This document shows, one piece after another, positions 15,779 through 30,471 of a DNA stretch of 64,000 nt. Each line of letters opens with the position of its first letter. Position 1 is the stretch's first letter. This DNA is from Trichinella spiralis. Taxonomy: Eukaryota. Location of the stretch: contig NW_003526940.1 in NCBI RefSeq assembly GCF_000181795.1, forward strand, positions 1,151,527-1,215,526, given 5' to 3'. Under the pieces are notes generated by a model, which saw only the letters and a program-made list of their open reading frames with translations, made no database searches and was not told the origin of the DNA. The position numbers and the translations under genes were made by a program.

Positions 15779-16740
15779 TAAATTTCACAATTGATCATAA
15801 TATAAGCAAAAACTCGAAAACACTACAAAAAGCATATCTTGAACAGTGCCGGTTTGAACATTAAACAAATTATTTCACACGGTAAATTGCAGAACGAACA
15901 ATCCACGTCTGATAAAACAACAAGACAAGCGAAACAAACGTATAAAATAAAATAGCATAAATTTACTGATGTAAAAAGAAAACACAAGTAAACATAATAT
16001 CTACTTGCATTCAGGCAAAGTGAGATGGAGTGGATATTCTTGATTGAACAGAAAAAAGAAACAGTATGCTCAGTAAGAGCAGTAATAATAATAATAATAA
16101 TGATAATCACGATAAAGTTTCCACAAAGAATATATGAATTAAGTGAAATCAAAAAATGTATTTCTTTTTCTCATCACAAGTATAATATATATATATATAT
16201 ATATATGTAAATAAGATAAGGCAAATATTTTTAAAAAAAGACACAACGTCCTGCGGACACAATTTCATACTCATTCTGCATAATGGGATTTGAAATTGGA
16301 ATGAAACTTTGGTCGCAGAACAGATACAGATCTGCACGATAAGCTAAGGAAAATGAAGAAGAAAACCCGAGGAAAAGCAGCATCTCATCAAAAAGTAAAC
16401 ATAAACAAAACAAAACGCAAAAAAACCGTTAAGATGAGAAAAGGGTAAGGGGATTATGTACAAATTTTGTTTTTAAAAATAAATAAATAAATAAAAACTG
16501 TATTAAAACATTCGATGCAGTAAATAATAAATTGATCGATATAATCCCGATGAAAAGAAGAAGAAGAATGGAAAAAATTCACTTGCTTCATATGCAAAAC
16601 GAACAAGCAAACAATCACACTGCTCAAGTGACAAAAAATGGAATGGCTCTTTTTTCAAATCAAATAGCCAAACACGTTGAAGATCACAAATTAAAATAAT
16701 AATCAATAATAATAATAAGAAGAATGGAAAAGTAAAATTG

Positions 16741-19700
16741 TCAAACTTTCACTTTGAACAATTTCGAATGCTCTTTAAGCATGTATTCGACAATCTGACC
16801 GTGCATGATCATTGAAAAGGCGAGATGGGAATTGGACTGAATGACGTCCACGTGACCGGATGTAGACGGTTCGGAATATTTGCTTGCACTTTTTTTCATC
16901 ATCATCTTCTTGCGACGCTGTCCACCGCTTTCGGCTTTTTCCGGCTTCGGGCAAGAGCTGAACAACGTTGGACCAAATACGATTGCCAAATTGTGAATTT
17001 GCATACGATTGGTTGACGACTTTTCCGCAACTCTGAAATAAAATTTCAAAAAACCATACATATTGATAATAAATAAATAAAATTTTCGCTTTTCAATACT
17101 TCAACAAATGAATAAGCAACGCGTTCAAAGTGTCGTGGTGTGGAGGCGGCAGTCGTGCCACGAGATCTCTGAATGCACAGTATCGCAGTTTTGCATTTTG
17201 CAATTCTTAAAAATTTGTCAAATTTGTTCACACCAAACAAACAAACAAACAAACAAACAAACATACTTATTGCATTCATAAATTCTTTCATCAGAAAAGG
17301 CGGAAACAGTGGCTCTTGAAGTTCGCGGAAAAACAATTTCAAAGTTCCAGTAAGAACGTGGATATCGTTTTCATTCATGAGAACGTTGTATTTTTCTTGA
17401 ACAAAAAAAAAGAATCAAAATCAAATAAACAGCACACTTGATAATAATATTAATTATTATTGATAAACCTTGGTCGACGGAACAACGGATTTTTTGTATC
17501 TGAGACAAATTGCCGCTCATCCTGTACAGACCGTCGGTTTCCAAGCCGCGCTCTTCGATCAACGACATGCACACAGTAACAAACTTCGGTACAGTATTCT
17601 TTTCCCGCCGACATATTTCCGTCAAGCTGCTTCCAAAAACCGGCTCAGCTGAAGTAAATTATTTATTTATTAATTTATTTATTTAAAAAAGCACAGCTAA
17701 ACAACAAAATTGCATACGTTTGTATATGCCTCGTTCTTTCAAAAATTCAACCGACGGTCTGTTTCTGAAAAAGCGAACCAACTTTTCCAAAATCGACTGT
17801 TTGCTTGGAACACTGGCCTCCACTGAATCCGACGTCGGACCGTTAATATTTCGAGCTGCATGAAATAAAATAAAATAAAATTAAATTAAATTAATAGTAA
17901 TAATTTACATGTGCTCTGCTTTTCTTTGTAATCGTGCAAATTTTTCGCATCTTTTGCAATTTTCTGACCCGTCGTGGTGGAAACCCGTCGACTGCTCGTC
18001 TTGTACGACGACCTTTCAATAACTGGTGTGCGTTGAAAACCGGGATTTGGCTTAAAAATAATTTCAAAAAAAATTGAATATTAAAAATAAAAAAAAATTA
18101 AACCCACTTACTAATTCGTTCACAATTTTCTGCAATGCGTCGTACCAATCGATAATTTCATTATCCACTTCAGTATGAAACAAATAAGCCGTACCGTCGA
18201 CCAGTTCCAACTGAAATAATTCACATTAAAATGAAATAAAATAATAAAGCATTATTCAATAAAAGCCGGTGGTCATACTTGAAATAATCGTTTTCGTTTG
18301 TTTTTGTCGTCGACCAACCATTTGATCTTGGCGCCATGAAGATCGCAAACGCCCAACGGCGCGCAATACTGATTGCCTTGTTTCTGAAAAATTAAAATCA
18401 ATTGTTGCTATGCTAATATGCAATATTCAAAAAAGCAAATTAATAAACACTTTTTTCCTAATAAAAATAAAGTATGCTTTTCTCACCTCACTCGACTTTT
18501 TATCTTTATAAAAAATCATATGGGCGTTGGTCAAATAAACGAAACAAGTCGACCAGTGTTTTCTGAGAAGAAAAAGAAGAAGAAGAAAAGTGAAATTACA
18601 AAATCAAATCAAATTTACAAATGACCAACCACACCTTATTCGCTTTCCAGCTTCCATAACTTTGCATCTGTTCAAATTGCCGCATTTGATGACAGTCTGT
18701 AAAATGAATGAAAAATTAAAAGAGAAAAAAAAATTTTTTTTTCTTTAAATAAAAATTCTCCCCTCTTACTCCGGTGGACGAGTGAAAGGCGGAAAATTTC
18801 AAAGCACCATCCGAAGCTGACATGCACTGACCATACAGGGATGTGGACGTTGGTCTGGTCGCTGGATGCTGCTGCGAAGTTGAAAGCAACCGATTGAGGT
18901 CGGAAAAGTCGCGTATGCTAACTCTGACACAGTGCTCGCCACGCCCGTCGTCCACTTCCTCTCCAATTGAGAACCCGCTGCGCTGCAGCTGTTGTTGTTG
19001 TTGTTGTAGTTGATGCTGCTGTGGCTCCATATCTACATCCGTTCTTAGTTTGGATTTCGACCATCCGCAGTGGTCATTTTTCGGTTTGTTGAGCAACGAC
19101 GAAAGCCCAACGTCGTCGACAACTGCCCGCCGACGGTCAACTACTTCGGACAAATTGTCCAACACTGAAGATGACGACGAATCCAACATTGTGCGCGTCG
19201 ACGAAGCAACGCTGCACTGCTGATTTGTCGTGCTTGTCTGTATGTTTCACAAAAAAATTGAAAAAATAATAAATAATACACTCGAAGCTTATTGCTTAAC
19301 AAAATAAAAAACCAGTTAAAAAAACAGTGTTTAAATTGTTTAAAACGTTTTTTTTCTTTCTGTTCGTATTGGTAGAATAAAAAATTTTACGATCAATTAC
19401 CGAACTGCGAGGCGGTTTCCAAGATGAAATTTCAATTAAAGGGTGGTAAAAGAACGGTCGACCCGACTCGCTGATGTACTCTTGCCAACCGTTGGATAAT
19501 GTGCGTATTGGCTGCATGTCCGGTGTGATCGCCGGAATGGACATGTCGGTGCATTCTTCAATGTTCGCGTAAATGGGGCTGCGGCTTCTGGCATTAGCCA
19601 ACGCGTCTGACTGAACAACAAGAAAATATTACATCTAATCAATACAGGATATACTGGGGAAAATTGGAAATATGCTTGATTGAACAAGCAACTTACAACG

Positions 19701-20395
19701 GAAACAGAATCCATAGCTATGACGACGCTCGAAGAGGAACTGTTCCGACTGTTATTACGGCTATCGGTACTGCTGCTGCAGGTGGAGCTCATCGGCAGAT
19801 CGTTGTCCAACGACCGAGACTGAGCGCCAACGGTTCCAAAAGTGGAACACCGACCCGAAGATGAAGACGTCTCGACGCCGACCAAACCGTGGTCGCCGTT
19901 CAAAAGGGCACTCCTCTGGTCGGCCCTTTCCAAACAGTACATCTCCAAACCGACGGGAATGCTAGCCGACACTAGTCTTGACGAAGACAATTTCCCAGCT
20001 TTTCCGTTGGCAAGCATAGCCGGCCAACGGTCAGCTGGAAGGTTTTCTTCCGCTTCTTCCACTTCAGCGACGACAAACGGTCGATGACCATTAGCTACCG
20101 ACGTGCGAATCATTTCATCCTTGGAAGTTCCACTGCAGACGTCGTCGTCGTCGTCGTCACTGATCACCGCCGATGTCTGGTCAGACAAAATACGAGACTG
20201 AACGGACAAAACACGCAAGTAACTTTTTGGCAAATAAAATCCATCGATGTTCGACCAATCTTTGCACACGAACCACCAGTGTTCATCCGCATCCGAGACC
20301 AGGTAGAACTTTTCTCCGGCAAGAACGTGAACACGATGCCCCCGAGACGTGGTCGAATCATAATTGTACAACACCTCCACCAGTGACAAGCACAT
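16741..20395 (-). CDS. Rho GTPase-activating protein, ARHGAP12/27/9-type (SH3-WW-PH-RhoGAP), multi-exon
   Basis: SH3 (VLYNYD..DEHWW..FYLPKSYL), WW (LSNGWQEYISESGRPFFYHP..SSWKPPR), PH-like exons at 18.1-18.7 kb, GAP domain (IEERGLETDGLYRMSGNLSQIQK, DIHVLTGTLKLFFRELQEPLFP, NRMQIHNLAIVFGPTLF). Start approximate. Confidence 0.9.
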
Positions 20396-23183
20396 TCTAA
20401 AATCAAGCATACAACTACGATGACAAATTGCATCTGGTCTGCATAATGAAAATTCAAATAAATTCAATGATTCACATCACTGTTACAACATGCTTTACAA
20501 CTGCAAACACAAAAAAAGTGTGAATTGCAGAAATATGTAAAGTGCAACAACTATTATACCTGTACAATACTGGTTAACAATATCCGTACCTGCACAAATA
20601 TTGAAAGTGAGCAACAATTGCAATCAATTCAAAACTATCATATTTTAACAAATGGAAATGAAATTTTTTTTTCAAAATCAAAACTTAATTACATAACTTT
20701 ACAAATAATAATAATCTCAACCAAATGACAATTTAAATATTTTACAATGTGCAAACAATATTTTAAAAATTTTGTATATAGTATATATTTTATTATTTAA
20801 ATTACAATTCGCAAAAATCAACTGTTTCAGAAACAAAAGTATACTGTAACAGTGAAAACACAATTACTTAAAGGCAATTTATTGTTTCAATACAAATACC
20901 ACCAGAAATAGAATAATCGTGTACATAATAACTCTGCAAAAAAAAGACCTGCATAAGTATGGAAATTTCAAAATCTAAACTAAAGAAATATTAATATTTA
21001 AACTTTCAATAAATTCCCATTTAATCAATACATATATGTATATTGGAGTATGTTGATAAATCTATATCAAAAGATAAAAATGAAAATATAAAATTATAAA
21101 AGACTAATTTAATTATTAAAAAAATATAAATAAAAACATAAAAGAACAAACAAAACACCTGACTATCATTTACAGTACAACAGATTGTTTATTTTATAGA
21201 AGAAGGAAATTAAGCAAAAAAAATTAAACGCAATACAATGCTGAAATGCTCTCGTGTTTGTGCTCTCAACTATTTCAGTACGCAACCGAGTGACGTGCAC
21301 TTTTTTGTTTTTCCTTTGTGTCTACAAGTGGCCGTGCAATTTCAACAATGAAACAAAACAAAGTGAAAAAGCTTTATGAGGAACATCTTTTCACAGAAAG
21401 AGAAGCTTGATTTCGGTTCCCCGAATCATTTCACTGCTGAGTGTAAGGCGTGCGACACAATGACCCGAAAGCAATGCAGCACTTCGACTTAACTTTAATT
21501 CTGTCTTTTGTTTGCACGCCAACGCGAAATGACATGATCAACTCGCTTTTATTCATTCACCGTACTTTTTGATCGACTGAAAACAGCACACAGAGCCATT
21601 GATTCACACTTGATAGGACATAATCAAGTTCGCCCAATTTCAAGGTTTTATTGATGATTTTCTTTATTAAACATTTTCGAACTCCTCATTGCCCTTGAAT
21701 ATAACACTTCCGCATAAATACAGCAAACTCAGGTTAGCCATTATTCTGCGACGTGGGGGAAACTTCGACACCAAATTTGCAATCATTACAAACAGGAAAA
21801 AAATTTCATATTTATTTATTTTACAAAATTTATTCTTTTACACTGACATATTCGTAATAAATAGAAACATTATGGAAAAAAGTTTTCGCAACTGATTGAC
21901 AACCGTTCTCAAATACCGTATCAAAATTAAACTTTCGCTGAACAATCTCTACAGCTTAAAATGCTGATAGAATTAACAAATGATAAAAATAACTCAACTG
22001 AGGATACATATTAATTTGAAGTTTACAGACAAAAATAAAATTTTCTTTCAAATTGCTCTACGTAAACTGTGCAATACATTAAGTTGCACGCACCTGTTTA
22101 TTATTGCAATGTTATAATTATCATGTCAGTTCGTAACTTTCGACATTGGAACAATGATTCGAAAATTCAAACTCATAATGAAGAAAATATTAAATAATAA
22201 GAGCTTAAAAATATTTCACACTGAAGAAAAAATTTTTTTAAAATAGACTTACACATTAGTAATAAATAAGTGTCATTTGAATGTTGCTCAAGCATTAATT
22301 CAGAGAATTCTTCTGATCTTTGTTGCAGAAAGAAAAGCAAGATAACACACAACAAAATAATAAGTATAAATCTGATAAAACGCTCTTAAAACAGTTCAAT
22401 AAAAAATTAAATGGCAAAAACTATGCAATTTGGTCAGCGTCAGTAATGTTTATTGACGAATAGTAAGAAATGATTTTCAAGTCAAGTTGAGAAAATTGTA
22501 GTAATGTTTCAATTTTAGCTGCATATAAATTAAGTTTAGCTTTATATCACTTAGAATGTATTTATTATTAAATTCAAATATCATAAATAAAATTTTCATA
22601 TTGTCTCAGGTTATAAAAAAGAAAAAAAGTTATAAAGCAATTTTCCGCTGCTCTTTTTTCATGCTAATTTTTAAGCAAAAAATATTTTGTGATTCAAGTG
22701 CAAGTATGTATAATTTTAACTGCCAGTGATTTTATAATTGTATTAATAATACTGAAGCAACCAAGCGAACTTAAAATGTTGCAATATATAATACCGTTTG
22801 GCGATGAAAAACAATAATGTTTATTGATGAAACAAAAGATTACTTGTTTTACTGTACTGCCGCTTTAAAGAATGGCTTGAAAACAGAATCAATACGTTCT
22901 TAATGAATTTAACTTAAAGATAACGTTTGATTACGCAAAGTATTGCTGCTTCTTTTCATGGAATATTAGGACATTTATTTTTTTATGTAATTTGTAATTT
23001 TATTTATGTAATTTATGTAATTGATACATTCGCTAAAATTTTTCTAGACTATTATTATTCTAAGATTTCAGGGCAAGTAAAAAATAACATTTTTACTGTA
23101 AATATTTTTCTGAAATTTCAATTACACTTCTTGATAATTAAATTAACTTTCAAAAAATATTCCATATTTGCAATTATAATGAA

Positions 23184-23834
23184 TCATTCAAAAAAATCAC
23201 CAAATACATTGATCAATTTTTGTTTGTTAACCACTTCATAACCTTTTAAAGGTAAATAAAGATGAAACTTTGAATCAGAATAACGTCGAATTGCAGCATA
23301 AATATCACCAGGACAAAAGTTGACTTCAGAAAGTGGAGTCAAATCTTCCAGTGGAATTTCAACGTTACGTCTTGCTCCCCAAAATGTCAAATGACCAATG
23401 CGAATTACATTTCTACTCTCGTCTAAACTAACCACGCCAATCAAACGCCGGAATATGCTGGACATTACGCAGAGCATGAATAACGCAAAAACACATATGA
23501 AAACCAAAACGTATAGCTGATTCAGTGAAATCTGCTTGTCTTGATAAGCTAAATAAGCAACGGGAACGAAAATTACTGAAAGAACAGTTTGTGCAATTTT
23601 GATGCGGGATATGCTAGCTATAATGGGCATCCATTTAAAACGATACAATGGAAGCCAGTGAATGCCATCTTGTGTATAAACTGAACATCGACGAGTAGCT
23701 TGAAATAAAATATACTTCTGTTTTGAGTTCAGTGATGAATAAAATATAAATAATGCCTGACCGCTACGTGAAAATGTTTTCTTCAATTCTTTGCCAGCTA
23801 CGTGTAAAGAAAGCAGTCGAATTCCAAAAAACAT
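23184..23834 (-). CDS. TMEM186: Mitochondrial transmembrane protein 186-like
   Basis: WLPLYRFKWM..SRIKIAQT, two TM helices, RRLIGVVSLD..IRIGHLTFWGARRN. Basic amphipathic N-terminus. Likely contains an in-frame ~63-nt intron near 23700-23762. Confidence 0.8.
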   Translation of the reverse strand: MFFGIRLLSLHVAGKELKKTFSRSGQALFIFYSSLNSKQKYILFQATRRCSVYTQDGIHWLPLYRFKWMPIIASISRIKIAQTVLSVIFVPVAYLAYQDKQISLNQLYVLVFICVFALFMLCVMSSIFRRLIGVVSLDESRNVIRIGHLTFWGARRNVEIPLEDLTPLSEVNFCPGDIYAAIRRYSDSKFHLYLPLKGYEVVNKQKLINVFGDFFE

Positions 23835-24654
23835 GCCTTCATCAATTTATTTCAGTACAAAAAACTTGTCATTGATCTTTTATAAAATGAAAACCATCAA
23901 TATATGGATAGAAAAAAATACTTATTTTAGAAAAACTATACTTCAAATTTCATTCTTGCAATTCTACAATCCATGCTACAGTATTACAGAAATGTAAGTA
24001 ACGTTTATAAGTTTAATTTATTAATGTGACGTTTTTAATGAACATATATTAAATTCAAAATAATAAATAATGTAAAGAAAGAGCGTAAGTTATGTAGAAT
24101 ACTTTTTAATATATTTTTACTGTGCAAATGCAAATTCATTGCAAATGCATACTGCATGCACGTCAGATATGTATGTAAAAAGTTTGAGTTTTGATAATAC
24201 AGGCATATTTCATAGCTTTTTTGCAGGTGTGGCGGTTATGTTTGTTGAGTGAAATTTTGTTCAGTTGAGATTATTTATTCAGTAAAATTGAAAGTGAAGA
24301 ATTGATTTCTAATTGAGATTTTTAATGTTTAATGATATAAGGATAAATTATGCATTGAATTTAAAGTTTTGCAAGTTTGAATTTTTATCTATAAAAACTG
24401 AAAAATATTTCTACAAGCATTTTATTTAAGATTGTAATCTTATTTCATAATTTATTAATATTGATGCATTTTAACATATGTCACATTAATGTTTATCAGC
24501 ACTTCAAAATTTGCATTTTCAGTATTCTTATTTGTTTTGCATTTGCGAAGAAGTAAAACGTGAGATTTATTTACTTGTTTTCGTTTCGTGGAGATGTTTT
24601 ATGTATCGATGCAATTTATATAATATTTTTTAATGTTTTTTTTAGATTTTGAAA

Positions 24655-27600
24655 ATGCCAGGTACTCTTAGAGTACGCATAATTTCTGGTCGTGGTTTTC
24701 CTGTTATGGATCGTTCGAATGAAACAACAGACGCATTTGTCGAAGTTAAATTTGGTCAATCTGTTCATCGGACTGAGATTTATCCAAAATCGTTGAATCC
24801 AAAATGGGATACAGATTGGTTTTGCTTTGAAGCAGAAGAGGAAAATTTGCAAGATGAATGTCTCCAAATTAGGTAAATTTATTTATATACTGAAACTGCT
24901 TTGCATTCATATAATTATGAAATTTTTTCTTACATCTAAAGGCAACAGTTCTTTTTCTCGAAAGTTTCGGTGAAAAAATATTTTTGTTCTTTAAACTGAA
25001 TATTTTGACGTTTTACAGTACTTCGATGGTAAAGTAGTAATTTTGTAAGTTGATTTTAAACGTACCGCTTTATTTTCTTGAAACAATAATATTATTTTTT
25101 TAACCCAAGCAATATGGTAAACTGTTGTTGTAAAATTTGCGATTTCTACATTTATTTTCTGTGTGTATATTAAATTCAATCATATTTCAGAGTTATGGAC
25201 TATGATACGTATTCAGCGAATGATTCTATTGGACGTGTTTATGTAGATTTGACTCCATTACTTCATGCTAAAAAACGGGAAATTTCTGGCTGGTTTCCAA
25301 TTTACGATACCATGAACGGTGATGATGATCATTTTTGATTGAAAAAAATTATTTTTTGGGATAAGTTTTTTCTTGAATTTTAGGTGTTCGTGGAGAAATT
25401 TACGTTGTTATTGGAATTGATCTGTTTGCTGATGTAAATTGCTTTCGCAAATCTTCATTTAATATTAATGTTTTTGCAAGTATATATCTTTATTTTTTTT
25501 GAAAATGATCATATTTATAATTATAATTTTATCGATACTTCTTTTGCAATAATTCAAAATTTTATTATATTTTTTTGATAGCCTCAGCAATTCCTGTTGG
25601 ACAAGCTTTGATCAATATCCACGGATTTGTTGATGAATTGATCACCAGTTCTGATCCAGAATACGAATGGATTGATAAAATTCGCACACCCCGGGCAAGT
25701 AATGAAGTTAGACAAACTTTATTTTCCAAAATAGCAGGTAAGAAGTTATTTGAATATTAAAAATTTCAAATCGAACGTCGAATAAATGAAATTTAGGAGA
25801 ATTGACACGTCGAATTGGGAAAAAAGCCGCCGAAATGGGTGGAAATGCCATAATTGGTTATACGCAGTATTTCGATTTTGAAGGTGAACTTGGTATTGTT
25901 ATTCGTGGAAATGGTACTGTTGTCACCCTTGAAAAATGTACCGCCTGTTCGACATCACTGATCAAAGAAAAAAGAGAACGGTACGTTATTGGAATGGGAA
26001 AAATTAAATTAATAAAATAAACAAGTAAATAATTGTTTATTCTTTTCAAATTCATTCAAGATTGAGCAATTCGGCTGGCTTTGAACCGCACTTTCAGAAT
26101 GTTCAAAAATTTACCCCGAGTCGTCGTTATTCAAATCCTAAACACATGCAATCAAGGGATCATAATATTTTGAAAAGTGAAAATATTTGTGAAAAATCTG
26201 CGGCAATTCGACTTTACAAGCTGACCACTGTACCTGCTACACCGTCGGGCACGTCAGGCAGTTGCAAAACATATTTCAAAGCAATAACATTAATTAATTA
26301 ATAGATGTTTTGGTTTAAAGTGCGTTTTCTTTTCGTCTTTATTCAGGAATATCCATTTTTGACTGTTCGTTCATTGCCCACTGAACTGTTAGTCAGTCTG
26401 GGAGGTACTGTTGCGGCGCATTCAGTTAAATTGCTTCGAGGAAATGAAAGTGACTTGAAACAATGAATATTATTGAATATATGTGATGTGAAATATAATT
26501 TTTCAGAACCCGAAGATCGGCACGCCTGGTGGCGAGAATTGAGGTTAGAAATCTGCGGACACATGACCGCTTTGGGTTGCAATGCTGTCATTGGCTACCG
26601 AGAAGACGCTACCATTCGGTATTTTTTGTTTTAATTAAATTTCCATAAATTTTAAATGGATTTAAAAAAAAATATATATTTTTTTTGCAGAGATGACATT
26701 TGCGCAATGACTGTAATTGGCACGGCGGCAGTGATAAATTTTTCCCTCTGGCCGTCGTCAGTGTTGATCCACGCGGAAATGGGAAAATTTCACCGCGCCG
26801 TTTGCGCGGCTTCTTTTCACCAAGATTTTCCAAGCAGTTCTAAAATTTTGAAAAATTCCCTCTTCGAATTGACCAACACTGACCCCCTGATGGAAGGGAA
26901 ACAATTTTACCAAGTGGTCAACTTGTTGGCCAGATCTGTGGAAAAGCCTTGCACAATGTGTCACATATTGCCCAGAGCAGCCGAATTGCATTTGACCAAA
27001 GCTAGCAGCATTTGTCAAGTTTGTCTGTAAGATACAATTCTGCTCAGATGCAGTGGAATTATTTATTATAATTTTTTATTTTTCAGAGAAAAACCAGTGC
27101 CCAGTGTATTGCTCAGTACAACTGATCAGCCGCCGGAATTGACCGAAGAATTTAGTGGATCTTTGGTTCAAGCTCGTGTAATTCGTAAAAAATCAGGATA
27201 CAGCGGTGAACAATTGGCTCAGCATTTGACCAATGTGATGAACCAGTGTGGTTGTGTTGCTTGTGTGGTGAAAATGAAGAATATCCATTTTCAGATACTT
27301 CCATTTATTGAGCATGAAGCTCATAGTCAAGTTATATCACAAACCAGTGCATCAGGCAAAAATGCAGTATTTGGAATTCAACGTCAATTTTCAATTGGTG
27401 AAGAGATGGTTGTCCTGATTGTTACCGGAACAGCTGTATTTTTGCCTGCTCTTGCTAGTCCTAAGCAGAAAGTTGGTTGTATGTTTTGATTTTAATTATT
27501 ATTAATTAATAAATATTAATTTCAAGGAACCACTTGCAAGTGGAAAAGTTGAAGAAAATCCTATAGATTCGAAAGAACAACAACGTTCAGTGGTTTCGTT

Positions 27601-28822
27601 TGTGGAAAATTTGTCCAACAGCAGTGGATCGAATTCTGAATCGAACAGCAACGAGGAAGATAAATTTGACAAGAAAAAAAAATTGAAACGTTCAAAAAAT
27701 GCTATCTTAATTGCGGTATATTGAAATTGAACTGAACTGAAACAAACAAACAAAATGTTTTTCCTTGCAGGCAGATTGTTCTTTGAGACATCCGTTCAAG
27801 ACCCATTCGTCATATCCGATTGTGTGCACATTTTGCGACATGTCCAAATTTCCGAATATCGCAAAACGGGCACCGTATTTTCACAACACATTCACAAGAA
27901 TTGTTCGCTTCAATATTCACGAAATTGAATTGGATGAAAATTTTTTGAGCAACAAGTTGAACTGGATTGCTAAAGTAAGCTGGCGCATTCGTGCGAAAGA
28001 TGCAACGATTCAAGATTCGAAATTTTTTAGAGTACGGTATTTAAATTTCGAAAAATGGAACCGATCGTTTTTGCTGGTTTAATGTTTTCCGTGCATGTTG
28101 GTGAAGACAGTGAAATGCAGGTATCACTGCAATTTGTTATGATTGATTATGTTATGTTTGATTGGGGGGAAAAGAAAGGGAAACGGTTTTCATTTTGACA
28201 TTTTAGATATGTTCTTATGGTGTTGCTTTGACGGGAAAAAGCTTAGTTGGACAATTCAGACAAAAAGAAAAACAGAGAGATGATTTTGTCGAGGAGTGAA
28301 TATATATATACATATATAACAATTTTCATTGTTTTCAACAAAAAAAATGAATTATAAATTTTAAGATTTTCCAAAATTACGATAGCTGAAACTGCAGCTT
28401 CTTGCAGCAACATCAGCAGCGGTCGTTGGTCGAACCAGTCAAAGCTACCTTGGCAAAGCGCCTGCGAAGAGTTGGAAAAAGCACCAGTACCTTACCCGAT
28501 GACCGTGCCGGAGACGTTCATCACCGCCCTGCTGGAACCACCGCTTGGCATGCCGATCACCAGCTATTTGGGATATTATGATTTCTTCTTCATCCGTGAA
28601 ACGACGGCCGTTCGCGACATCGGTGGCTTGGAGGCGTTTGTCCAAATCGCGTTGGCTGAAATTTTGCACGTCGTCCAAGCGCACGTAACCGCCTTCGGCG
28701 GCCAAGGGATGGTCTCGTTCAAATTCAGCGTTACAGAACTTTCGTACGGGTTAAGTAGAAATCAAGTACAATTTTTGATCGGCATAAGCGGTGATATTGT
28801 CACCGTTTTGAAAACTAATTGA
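24655..28822 (+). CDS. C2CD5: C2 domain-containing protein 5 (KIAA0528-like), many exons
   Basis: MPGTLRVRIISGRGFPVMDRSNETTDAFVEVKFG, DPEYEWIDKIRTPRASNE, YLGYYDFFFIRETTAVRDIGG and the terminal ISGDIV match C2CD5. Confidence 0.92.
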
Positions 28823-29369
28823 AATTAAAATTTGCCGACAAGAATTTCCTTATTCAAAAAAAATTTTTTTTTCATCATTTTTTTTGCTTATATAATTTGA
28901 TTTATCTTTATTTACTTATTTTAAAGAGATAATTTTTTTTATTAAAAATAACGCTTATTCGTGAACTTTTTAGTTCCTTTATCAGTTCATGTCAGAGACG
29001 GAACTTATCGACGACAGTTTGTTAAAATGTCGTCGTGTGGAAAAGTCAAACTTTTTAATTCTTAATATCACTCTGATATGATTTAAAATCAAGCATGCCA
29101 AACGCAGATCATTCCGCCTAATAAAGCACGTATTTATATTTGTGCAGTAATATTTCAAATTAACTGAAACTTTTTGTTAACAACTTTGATGAGAATGTAA
29201 ATGAAGTTGATGAGAATGTGATAAAGTTGTCAATCATGAAAGTTTGATAAAATTTGGAAAATCCAATGGAAAAACAAAACGAAAATGATGGAAACGTTTA
29301 TTTATACAATAGCACTGCAGCAGTGGTTTGCTTATTTCAGTTAAAAATTTTTCAAATTTGTTCACCTGG

Positions 29370-30102
29370 ATGGATTTGCACAAAATTATTGCATGTTTTG
29401 CATTCATATTCGGCAATTTCATTTTCCACTTTGCAAATTGCAGTTGTCCGTATCTGAACGGAGTTGAGAAACAGTTATATTTTAAGGAATGCGATCAAAA
29501 TCCAAGTATTACTCCTTTTTAATTCATTACAATCATGCAGGTATTTTGAGTTTTGTTTTAGACAATCCTTTACCGTTTAAAATTTTGAAAGTCGAAGTGA
29601 AACTACCAAATGGCTCTATTTCCTATCCAGTTAATATCAGTACTCCACTTCATGTTCACGTCCATGTAAACAACACATTGAACAGACCCGTGAACAAAAT
29701 TTTATCAGATATGTCGCTGTACGTGTATGCAAATTTATTGTGGTTACGTTGTTCATGGATCCATATACCAACTTTCGATCACTTGTAAATATTTCATTCT
29801 ATTCTTTGGGTAATTTTATATTGGGAAAAAAATTTTCTTCTAGAAAAGACATTGATGAGTGTCAAAATTGCCCACTGTCCACAGGTTTATTGGAACTTCA
29901 AATAGCGTACGATTTCACCAAAGTACAATGCATCATGCCTTTCATTCAAACAGGAGTAAGTACATATTTTTGTTGGCAATTTTCCCCATTTTGACAATTC
30001 AATTTTCAGACACAGTATGGGTTGGACATTTCAGTCCGAGATGGTGAAAATCCAAAACAAAATTTAGCTTGTTTCCGTTTAGAAGCACTGCTGACTAAAT
30101 GA
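29370..30102 (+). CDS. Small secreted ML (MD-2/NPC2/GM2AP-like) lipid-recognition domain protein, 4 exons
   Basis: Signal-peptide-like MDLHKIIACFAFIFGNFIFHFANC, then CPYLNG..FKECD, YPVNISTPLHV, CSWIHIPTF, ECQNCPLSTG, and last exon YGLDISVRDG..NLACFRLEALLTK*. The Cys pattern resembles nematode ML-domain proteins. Confidence 0.65.
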
Positions 30103-30471
30103 ACAGCATCATCCATGATGAAAATAAAAATTTCTTTTCTACATTATTATCAATGAATAAATTACCAGCCAATTTTAATTCAAAAATAAATCACATTACA
30201 TAATTTACTTTGATAACTGCAGCATTTCTGCTGTGAAGAAATAAATAAATAAATATTAATATACTTGTATTTTTGCCTGAAAATGATTGCTGTCACCAAC
30301 ATCCGATGCCCGACAAATAAAAAATTCACACAATACAACAGCAACAAATAAATGAATATTCATGCTAATTATGCTTCATTCTGAAAAAAACATATCTGGA
30401 GAAATTTGAACGTTTTCATAACTCTCATTACTAATTAATTAATTTAAAAAAATTATAAATGCAAAATTTGA

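Noticed and set aside
5628..17262. Short microsatellites (TG, TTA, TGAA, AAAC, TA) and the hydrophobic ORFs they generate
   Set aside because: Ordinary simple repeats in AT-rich non-coding DNA; the F/I/L-rich ORFs are compositional artefacts.
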